NCBI GenBank assembly: GCA_020137815.1
Contig: CM035351.1
Span: 7,626,001 to 7,690,000 of the forward strand
DNA from: Hormiphora californensis
Lineage: Eukaryota; Animalia; Ctenophora
Direction: 5' to 3'
Length of the DNA: 64,000 nt
The position numbers and the translations under genes were made by a program. Numbering within the stretch: the first letter of the stretch is position 1; the number at the start of each line of letters is the position of its first letter. Under the pieces are notes generated by a model. The model was not told the DNA's origin and searched no databases. It worked only from the letters and a program-made list of their open reading frames with translations. Shown one piece after another: positions 36,432 through 60,900 of the stretch.

Positions 36432-37355
36432 GTAGGGTCGGTTGTGGGAAGTTGGATCTGGAATTATAAATTTGACTTGCTGATATGTTTAGTGACTCTA
36501 TAAAAAGTCCAAAGCACCATCCCACAGGTCTCTACCACCCCCGGTTCACTAATTATTCGTAATTATGTGATTTATGACGTTATGGCCAATTAGCACTAAT
36601 AATACTAGTTCCTGGCCGCTTAGAGCTTAGATTTTGATACCAGATGATAGAGGATGACTAGATTAGTGGGCATACAAAATTTCAGGTCGATCGGAGTTAT
36701 GGTCGAGGAGTTATAGCCGTTTTTCCGTTTGGCTGGCGGTTGGCTGGCACCACGTGGGATTACGGGTTTAGGTCGTCGTAGGAGGTCGTGGTTGGTCGCA
36801 TTCGATCGGGCTCGATGAGGTGATCAAAACCTAGTGGGGCCAGACCTTGGCCCCACCCCGTTCTGGGGTTATTAGGATTTTTCGGTTTCCCGCCAAAATA
36901 TTTTCCCGCTAAAACCGAAAAAGCTCAATAACCCTAGAACGGGGTGGGGCCAAGGTCTGGCCCCACTAGGTTTTGATCACCTCATCGAGCCCGATCGAAT
37001 GCGACCAACCACGACCTAAACCCGTAATCCCACGTGGTGCCAGCCAACCGCCAGCCAAACGGAAAAACGGCTATAACTCCTCGACCATAACTCCGATCGA
37101 CCTGAAATTTTGTATGCCCACTAATCTAGTCATCCTCTATCATCTGGTATCAAAATCTAAGCTCTAAGTGGCCAGGAACTGGTATTATTAGTGCTAATTG
37201 GCCATAACATCATAAATCACATAATTACGAATAATTAGTGAACCGGGGGTGGTAGAGACCTGTGGGATGGTGCTTTGGACTTTTTATAGAGTCACTAGAC
37301 ATATCAACAAGTCAAATTTAAATTTCCAGATCCGACTTCCCACAACCGACCCAAC
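36432..37355. mobile_element. Foldback MITE, TA TSD, copy 2 of the 1392-2328 family
   Basis: Same termini and arms, moderately diverged; lies between the malectin stop and the ABCB8 start. Confidence 0.9.
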
Positions 37356-37433
37356 TATAGAGAGAGATACCAAGTCAGCGAGTTATACACCCCTCAAAAT
37401 ATTCAATATATTGACACACCACTCTGATAATCA

Positions 37434-40261
<2,828 letters not shown>

Positions 40262-40386
40262 CTCCTATACATGATAGTGGGGTTAGAGAAGGGGGGGGTT
40301 GGGAGGGTGTGACAGGGTATAACACCAGATACATGTAGACACGTTAGGTAAAATAACTTAAAAAGGAAGAAGTTATTACACTCAAT

Positions 40387-40746
40387 TTACTCGTCCACAT
40401 CGACGTTCTGAGTCTGGAGTCCCTTGAATGATTCGATGCCTTCCACCACAGTGACGAGAGTGTACAGCTTGTTCGTAGAGTCCTCGTCTTCGTTCCTCTT
40501 CCTTGCAAGCCTCACTCGGATTCGGAAGGGCACGTTCTTCACACCCTTGTGCCAGACGTGTTTGTTCAGCCTAGTGTCGATCCTCACATCAGGGGTTCCC
40601 ATGGTCTTGGTGGCGAATTTCTTGATTTCCTTGATGGCCCTGGGTGCCCTGTATTTGAAGCCGATACCGTGGATCCTCTTGTGAATGTTAATAGTGTACT
40701 CCCGGGTAACCACCTGGTTCATCGCAGACCTCTTTTTCTCGGACAT
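40387..40746 (-). CDS. RPL31: 60S ribosomal protein L31 (eL31), intronless CDS
   Basis: [80 protein letters not shown]. Confidence 0.97.
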   Translation of the reverse strand: MSEKKRSAMNQVVTREYTINIHKRIHGIGFKYRAPRAIKEIKKFATKTMGTPDVRIDTRLNKHVWHKGVKNVPFRIRVRLARKRNEDEDSTNKLYTLVTVVEGIESFKGLQTQNVDVDE

Positions 40747-41143
40747 CCTCCTACTTGGGGAGAGGTTAGTATCACTAATCACTAATAAACTAACAGCTTC
40801 ATGTTGACATCATTGGGGGCCTCCGGGAGACTTCCCATGATGTTTAATGTTTATGGAAAGCTGTAAATGATCAAAACAACTCAATTCTCGAATAGAAAGC
40901 AGCAATGGATGAGGATTCGATTTTTGAAAATAATAATGAAACGAATGTTTAGCGGAGGGCGCAATGAAATCTGAGCTTACAAAAGAAGCGCATCAGGTGA
41001 ACATGGGGTGGACTATGGCATTTGTTAGGAAAAACCTCCCTGAGTCCAGAATTAAATGTGGATAGCTATCGTTTCGTGGTTATATTAGAATTACATCCTT
41101 GACAAGATTTGACCTCTGATCGGTCATCGGAAATGGTGACGGG

Positions 41144-41371
41144 CACGCCGTGTGTAGCGATTCCTTCACGAAAAAAGGTGGAAAGTGAAAGCAAAAAATG
41201 AAAAAATCTGGTCAAAATCTGGCATATTTTTTACTGAATTGAGCATTATTTTGAGCCGCGGCGGCGCGAAAAGAGTTATTTTGCGCGCGCTACGTTTTAA
41301 GGCGAACGTTACGCTGCTAAAAAAGCCGCGCACAACCCTAGCCCGGTTTAAAAAATTTAAAAGTGGGGTTG
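41144..41371. repeat. Dispersed repeat; second copy at ~43828-44058
   Basis: Shared TGTGTAGCGAT..GAGCCGCGGCGGCGCGAAAA..AAAAGTGGGGTTG. Confidence 0.8.
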
Positions 41372-42870
41372 ACTTGAAACTTGAAACTTGAAACTTGAAA
41401 ATAAATTGAGGCTATCAAACAAATGACCACCTTTCAACTCAACTGTCCTTTCCTCGCTCACCACTTCTAAACTCAACAAATTTAATTTCAATTCTCAGTA
41501 GTCCCTGGTGCTTCTACCACCTCCTTCCCACGAATGAAGTAGTGTTTTCCAGGAGACCTTTGAACCATTTCCTTCAGTCGATCAACAAGCTGTTTTCTCT
41601 CATTTCGTTCCTCCAAAGTCCTGTCAGGCGAAATGTAGACTTTATCGAACTTGCCGGTCCTTTTTAGTCGGGATTTTTTCGACAGGATCGACATCTGAGC
41701 GTCTCTGCTCTTCAGTACGACTTTCACTGGTCTGACAGTTAAAGACTGCCTTCCCATGCGCTCCACTGATTTCACGTTCTGAGTTTCTCCTAGCTCAACA
41801 AGAAGAGACTCAACTTGAGTTTCAAGCTCTACGCTACTATTTATTGACTCTTCCAGGCCATGGATGATGATGTTGCACCCACGGTCCTCAGAGGCAGCCA
41901 CAATCGCTGATTGAATCTTCCTTGGAGCCAGAGCCGAGGCACATTCTTTCTCCAAAACGGATGCGAAGCTCTTCAATTCTTGCTGTGCCGTTGACTGCAC
42001 AGCTGTAATCTCAACCTCCCTCTTCTCAAGCAACTGCCTCTGGATATTGAGTAGTTCCTCTTGTGCTGCTACGAGGTCTCGTTGAGCTTTAATTAGCTCC
42101 TTTCCATGTTGTCTGAGCTCCTTTTCGCACTCTCTCACCATCATACTTTCAGAACCCTTGTCACGCAACTTTTCAATTAGTGGAAATGTCTGTTCAAGAA
42201 AAATACCACACGCCCTCTTAGTAAAATCTAAAAGCTTTTTCTTCGACAGCGTATTAAGCTTGCTCGCAGACGGAACCTCTAAATCATCCCAGGTAGACCT
42301 TGGTGGAGGACCAGTTCCATATCTCACTGCCTCTGGGTTACTGTATCCAAACCCTGAACAATCCGACAACAAGTCTTTTACCCAATATACTGTATCACTT
42401 TGGCAGTCGTTGACATTCCTCCTATCAATATCAGTAGCCGGTTTGCCAGGATGAGCTGCCAGGTAAATCCGAGGAGTTGCTTCTTCTTCATTATCAGTAT
42501 TTACCATTTTCTTTCTGCCCCTCGTGGGCTGTTACATCAGCTTTATCCTAAAACTCAAATTAATCATACTATTATTAAAGCAAATAGGGAAATGATGGGT
42601 GATGGTTTTTTTACCAAATATGGCACAAAATTCCTGGAAATAGCCTTTTGCACGTGTTGTCCCTAGAGGGACCCTGGCAACCTGCCAGCTTGAGCCTTAA
42701 ACTGCACGTGCATCCTTGATTCATCTCTCTGCCGGTTGTGTGATTGATCGTTTGCTCGATTTGATCTGTTCACCCCCTGTTCACTACGTTTCGTGAACAT
42801 GACTACTCAACTTCAACACAATCGCCAGCGAGTTTGGAGGAGCCATATGTCCCAAACTGGCGCTGACGCC
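41372..42870 (-). mobile_element. LINE-like (CR1/L2-type) element with intact ORF1 and tandem-repeat tail but no ORF2
   Basis: ORF1 is followed after ~90 nt by a (TTTCAAG)4 tail. The 5' boundary is approximate and no TSD was found. Confidence 0.6.
41488..42507 (-). CDS. LINE ORF1-like protein (coiled coil plus RRM/CTD-like region)
   Basis: 339-aa single-exon ORF: heptad-rich segment, then NIIIHGLEE..RMGR..RPVKVVL..KVYISPDRTLEERNERKQLV, typical of CR1/L2 ORF1. Confidence 0.8.
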   Translation of the reverse strand: MVNTDNEEEATPRIYLAAHPGKPATDIDRRNVNDCQSDTVYWVKDLLSDCSGFGYSNPEAVRYGTGPPPRSTWDDLEVPSASKLNTLSKKKLLDFTKRACGIFLEQTFPLIEKLRDKGSESMMVRECEKELRQHGKELIKAQRDLVAAQEELLNIQRQLLEKREVEITAVQSTAQQELKSFASVLEKECASALAPRKIQSAIVAASEDRGCNIIIHGLEESINSSVELETQVESLLVELGETQNVKSVERMGRQSLTVRPVKVVLKSRDAQMSILSKKSRLKRTGKFDKVYISPDRTLEERNERKQLVDRLKEMVQRSPGKHYFIRGKEVVEAPGTTEN

Positions 42871-43121
42871 TATAGACTACGTGATAGAATCCTACAAAAG
42901 AGGTGATTATTATTCAAAAAATGTTGTCAACACACGTAATAACAAAGTATCAATGGCACTAATAAGAAATGGCAGTAATACGTGAAAGTATTTTGCAAAT
43001 GTGCTCCTTTATAAAACACTTCAGGACCTGGCAAAAGAGGACCCGTGGTTTTTCTGTCGAAAGAATCGCTGTGGGTTTTCACGCCGTGTGTAGCTTTGGC
43101 AAACGCTGCTGGCCGGGATAA

Positions 43122-43820
43122 GTCATGGCGGGGGGGATCCCATGGCATACTTTGGTATACTTTGGTATATGGAAAATCCCAAAAAAATATGTGGAAAGTA
43201 CCAAAGTATACCAAAGTATACCATATCTTTTTAATAACTTTAAAGTACTTTAAAGTGTAAATTTACAACAGTTAAGGCTTTAAAACATTTTATATAAACT
43301 TTCTTGACTCATAAAATTGGACAATGGTGCTAAATAGGCTAAATTCATAGAATCGAGGGAAAATATTACCTATAAAATGGTGAGTCAGAAAACTGGGGTT
43401 TGACAAATTGGGACCCATTTGAGTATGATAAAAAAACTTTTAAAAAGTCAAGAAAAAGTTCAAATAGTATTTGGTAAAGTCTCCAAAAATTTTTCAAAAA
43501 TTGCCTTCACCGGGAATCGAACCCGAGTGGCAAGCCTAGAAGCACTAGCCGGATGATGTAACAAAAACGTAAAAATCGGTTTAATAAGCGTTATATTACC
43601 AACTTATAAAGAAATAAGGATGTAGTTTTACAAATTTAGTCATTTATGTTAACTTATCGCTTAAATTTTACCTTTTTCAAAATTTTTATGGTATACTTTG
43701 GTATACCTTGGTATACTTTGGTATACTTTGGTATACTTCGGTATATGGAAAATCGCTGAAAAAGTTGTGGAAAGTGCCAAAGTATACCAAAGTATACCAT
43801 GGGATCCGCCCCGTCATGGC
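43122..43820. mobile_element. MITE with subterminal GGTATACTTT 10-bp repeats
   Basis: GTCATGGCGGGGGGATCCCATGGCATACTTTGG is inverted as CCAAAGTATACCATGGGATCCGCCCCGTCATGGC. Confidence 0.75.
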
Positions 43821-44575
43821 TTTTCAATGTGTAGCGATACCTGCACGAGGGAAGTTGGAAAGTGAAAGCAAAATTGAGAAAATCTGGGGAAAATCTGGCA
43901 TATACTTTACTGAATTGAGCATTATTTTGAGCCGCGGCGGCGCGAAAAAATTATTTTGCGCGCGCTACGTTTTAAGGCGAGCGTTACGCTGCTAAAAAAG
44001 CCGCGCACCACTATAGCCTGGCCCTGGTTTAATTTTTTTAAATTTAAAAGTGGGGTTGTAAAATTTTTTCGCGTTTTTCAAAAAACTTTTAGTTTTTTGC
44101 CCGAAAGTGGAACCAACGGTTGGCCCAAGACCCCTTGAAATGCGGCATGTAGCGTATGCCAACTGGACGCCCACCAGCCACCAGGTCTTCCAAGTTGCAA
44201 CCCTTGGGCCATGGCATGGCCGCCATGCTCACAGGGACTCAGCACGGAGCACCCCTTGCCCTAGTTGACAGTTGTGATGAGTTTCACCCCCCCCCCCACA
44301 ACTGAGCCAACATTAAAGATCGGCAACGCTTTCTGGTAATATGCAGTTTTGGCGTCATAAGAGCACAAGAAGGTGCTGTCACGCTTTGGAGAAAAGTGAA
44401 CTACGGACTACCTGCTAGAGGCACTTTTTACGGCCACTGATACAGAGTACAGACCAATGCAAAGTCAAGTTTCATCAATGAAATGTTAAGAAATCAGCAA
44501 TCAATGATAAAGGTATGCAGGTACAATCTACAATTTACAATGAATTTAAGCTAAAAAGATGCTAAACATATCGGT

Positions 44576-56005
<11,430 letters not shown>

Positions 56006-56965
56006 GATGGCATACAAATTTCAAGGCAGATCTAGACAACTGTACTCAGTCAGTGACTCTGTTTGTTTTTCCTGGACAAGATCAACAACAATAAACGTGT
56101 CTACTAGATGTAAATCGTTCTCTCCCTTTTACCCCTCTCTCACACCCACACCATCTCTCTCTCACACCCTGGCTTGCAGTGCTACAACAACACTGTTGTA
56201 GATCGAAAAGAATGGGTCTAACAACCAACCAACCAACCAACCAAAACGTCCCTGCTTTTGTATGACTTAATCAAGCGAAGTGTTCAATAATCATGGTGCT
56301 ACATTATCCCCTGTCAGAGCAATGGCCTGACAGGTTATCCCCGGTTTCGTATATTATATCGTATATTATATCATATGTGGAAGCGTGTATGATCTGTGAG
56401 ACACAACACTTCTTTTGCATGTTAACTCACGCAAGTTTAATTATTGGCTATGTTTTTGTCAACAACTAGCTGCATGCGGTTCATAACACCGGTAACACGC
56501 ACACTTTTTAAAATCCTGACCATTGGACCAATAGTTCTCAGCGACCACTCCCGGACAGATAGGTCTACTTGTGAACTACAACATTGGAGCGCGCGAAAAC
56601 ATTTTAGTGGTGAGTTGTCGTTGTCAGCATAGCGCGCTACCATCCGTGGAACAGCCCAGTCCATAGCAACGCGGGTTTACCCGAGACCGCGAGCACCCCG
56701 CAGTCTGCACCCACCGGGGCCACCAAGAGTGCCAAAACATTGCCTGACGCCACTGAGGCCGCCTCGTGTGGAGGCCTCAGCCCATATTATAACTTATCTG
56801 TCAGCTCTAGAACAGCAATCTGACAGCTATCCTATCTTTCCCACTCTTCAATGATATCGAAATTGTTACCATTTTGTTCACATTCATATTGGTTCAGAGA
56901 AATCTTCCCGGTACATGTAGATTGTAGATATTAACAATTCTCCCATGTTTAGCTGACTATGTAAA
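56006..56965. promoter_or_regulatory. Short divergent intergenic region, candidate bidirectional promoter
   Basis: The TRPM (minus) and LRRC43-like (plus) start codons are ~960 bp apart, with a GC/CpG-richer core at ~56580-56780. Positional inference only. Confidence 0.4.
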
Positions 56966-57874
56966 ATGACGACGACAACTCTGTTGAATATCTTCTACAA
57001 TGACCTAAATAGCCTCAAACTTGACCAATTTCCCTGTGGAACTGGATCATGGGTAAGAAACAACTCGTATTGTTATAACATGGTCCATGTAATGGGTATT
57101 GGGCAACTGATGTCCCAACCTTGAAGGCCTGGTGTCACCGTCCGCGGTATCATAATGCTTGGAGTGGGGGCCACTGTGGGACCTCCGAACTGGTCTCGCT
57201 TACCACTGAAGAGGACATTTATATGTCGAAACGTTTGTTATATTAGCTATTTGATTTGAACACCTGAATCAACGTCTTTTTCCTGAATGCCTGAACCCAC
57301 GCTAACACACGCGAGACCAGTTCGGAGGTCCCACAGTGGCCCCCGCCCCCCCACTCCGAGTGGTATTGGGCAACGTTATGTAAGATAATATGTGGTATAT
57401 TTTGATTTTTGTTTCCCTCCCCTCTATCTATCCATCCCCTCCCTGACCCTCCCCCCTCTCTCTATTTCTCACCTCTCTCTCTTTCCAGAGACAAGACAAG
57501 CTCCCAGGATACGAACAAGATGGTATGTACTTCACATGCTTATGTTTGTGGCCACCAAATACCGATGTAGTGCTTGTTTGCCACCTGTCACCTGTTCTCT
57601 CTCTCACATTCTCTTTATCTGTTACAATTTGTTTGAAAATATTGTGCGGCAGCTAGGTCCAGTTTCAGAGTTCTGGGACTCAAACAATCCTGTCAATAAA
57701 CAATAGGGAAATCATATGACCAACTTGTGCAACAGTAGTACATGCTGCTGCATATCCTCTTACACAACACAATCTTTATAACACAAGCTCTGATCTTAGT
57801 TCTCATGTTAAACAGGCTACATGTGAATATACTCGTCTTTTTCTCTGTCTTTCTTTTTCCTCCCTCTCGTTCTT

Positions 57875-57966
<92 letters not shown>

Positions 57967-60900
57967 ATTTTATCCTTGTGTAGCGTTACTTTTGATACTA
58001 CTGAATCATTATTAGCTCCTAATTGTATTTGTATTGAAGTTATGGGTAAAGAAGAGCCCGTGTGTTGCTCAAAAGCCTTTCATTCCCTCTCTCGGGCTAC
58101 ATTTCCTGCCCTAAACGTTACTAAAGGTAACTAATATATGAGAATAATAATTATAAGACAGAATACATGGCTCAGATCTATAGGAAACCATTACACAAAT
58201 CATTCAAATCTGAAATATTGCAACGGCATCTAGCGGCTAGATTCTAGCTCCTACCCCGGCTGAGGGTCAGATGTTTAGACGATTTCATTACTGGACTTTA
58301 TCTCTCAAATGGAGCATATATTTTCTCCGAGAAATGGGTTAACCAATAATATTTCTCTCAGCTTATCACTCTCTGTTTAACCATCGGTTCCCCTGGATAT
58401 ACAGCTTTAAATTTGTCAACCACCTGATACACCAGTTTAGCTTGGTTACGAAGTCACCCCTATTATTGCATATAGGGGTGACAATACCGCCTACCTAAAA
58501 ATGAAAATTTACGGGACCTTCTCATAAAAAGTTATCGAAAACTTGTCTAAAACCTATCTAAAACGTATGGTACTAGTTTGTATAGTAACCAGGACCTGAA
58601 TTCTACAGAAAGTAACGACCGGTAGCGATTACACCACATGTTTAACAACAGAGGTGTGTCGCATAACTCCTTATATGGGCATAAAATTCCAATCTTGTGG
58701 AATTTTTTCTGACTCGACTATAGCTTAGTTATCAATGAATCCACCTCTAATACCTTTGGAATGGCATTTTGCACATTTCTGAAGCTTTTTGTAGCCAAAT
58801 TCCAGCATCTTCATAGTTTTCCAAAAACAAAAACAGTGTTAATGGCCAAAATATCGAAAAATTCCGGTATGTAATGGTAGCTCAGACAATTTCCTCGGTA
58901 TGTTCAAAAAATTAGAACTTTCTGTTTTGTAGTTTGGACACAGGAATTTTTTTCCCGCCGTACAAGCGATATTATTACCCCTCCGTGAGCTAGCGCAGAG
59001 GGGGAATTTCATTACCAACAGTTTAGCGGGGGTAAGGTGTGGGCATTTCAAACGAAATTCAAATAATATGAAACGAAATTCAAATAATATGAAATTCCTA
59101 TATATATATATATATATTTTCAAACGAAATTCAAATATGATAATGTCGCTATGGGGCCGCGTCATGGACCAGTGAGAAGTTTTGTTTTTTGACTGATTTT
59201 CTTACACAGGCGACGTAAATCATGAGACGCTGCAGTCCCTCGAGGAACTATCAAGAAGCGAGATATTCCAGGTATCGTTATATATGTCTCCTTTTGGTTA
59301 TATGTGCATATCGGAGTTATTAGGGAATTCATTCTCCCTTTAAAACTATACCAAGTCCCATCTCATACCATGATACCATCGCCATGTGACAATTCTATTT
59401 CTAGGTACATACTTCATGGAGCGATGACATCAAAGACCTCAGAGAACTATCAGTTAAGAATCCTGGGATCATCACAGAGAGTTTCATATTCAAACATTTC
59501 AAGACTCTCCGGTTGATTGATCGAAACGTAAGTTAGATAAATCTTGTAAATCTTGTCCAGTATGATACTGAGACCTGAGTTTCCTGTACTTTAAGTACAA
59601 CTTGTTGGGGGAGGGATAGAACTGTTTAACTAGAATTAGAGCTTTAAATCTCAGTAGGCTTCAGCTGTGACACATGGTTAGACAGTTTCGCGGAAGGAAA
59701 CCTTTGCATGTGGTTAAAGGGCTCTCCTGATATAGAACTTGTGGGTGAACACATTATTGTACTGTATCTATTAGTTCAATATTAGATATAGTGAAATCAT
59801 GTCATGTGACTTGCTCAGAGACTATATTGTTCAATTTATTGCAATATATGACTACCTAGAAACTGTTCACTGGTTAGACAATGGGTTAGAGGGTTAGACA
59901 ATGGACAGCTTCATTGAATTGAAGATATTATAAATAGTTTCTATTCATCCATGGCATAAAGTCAGACATTGCGAAACCCTTCGACCCAGAAATTATTCAT
60001 CTGAGATATCTTCGGTTCCTCATAAAGATAGAGGTTTGGAAGAACTAAACAATTCTATATCTTTAGGGGGTGGACCGGTGGAGCTATGATCTTTACTGCA
60101 AGAAAGGGGCCTGAACATTTTTTAGAGCCCACTTACAGTACAATTACACCTCCCTATTGAGACGGTCACATAGTCAGTTGCCTAGCTCGACCCCCCTTTT
60201 CGCGATCTTTACAAATGTAAAGGAGGGTTAGAACATAACAAATTGTCAGCCCGTGGGCCACTTTTCGTCGGGTTGTGGTTTACGTGGGTTAGAATATAAG
60301 GGATATTTTGTGTCCCAGATTTGGTGGAATTTGTACCAAATCTGGGACACACCCCGACGAAAGGTGGCCCACCACCTGACAATGTGATCGTCACAAAAGG
60401 GAGACAAGGTGTGTTATAATAGCTGTACATCCGTACGCCAGATTTCTCCCAACATATAATACTCAAAATTCGAGATGGGGTCCCGTGGCGAATGGCGATT
60501 GACAACTAAAAATCTGTCTACTAATTATCTCTCCCAAGACACAAATCTGGGTGTCAATATCGGGTAGATTTCAGGGTGGTGGACAGTCCTTGTTAATATA
60601 TTGATAAAAAATTTTCAGATAAACGAGGTTGATCGAGGATTGTTAAAGTTTGTTAACTTGGAACAACTCAGTTTAACCGGAAATTCTCTTTCTGAAATTC
60701 CAGGATCGCATTTACCAAGAAGTCTTTCGGTAAAACTAAATATATACTAACTTAGCTTTGTGATATAATACACATGACATTTTGTTGCTTTATGGCGGCG
60801 CCAGACCCCGATCATTTGACAGTGTGCTCAGATGGGGTCTGCGGCGCCAGACAGTTCTTTGTTGATAGTTATTGAAAACACACTTAGCTTATTTATTATT

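Noticed and set aside
40387-40746. RPL31 as a processed pseudogene
   Set aside because: The ORF is intact, with no poly(A) tail or TSD, and a splice acceptor sits just before the ATG.
43495-43560. tRNA gene
   Set aside because: Only the T-arm is recognisable; no acceptor, D or anticodon stems could be formed.
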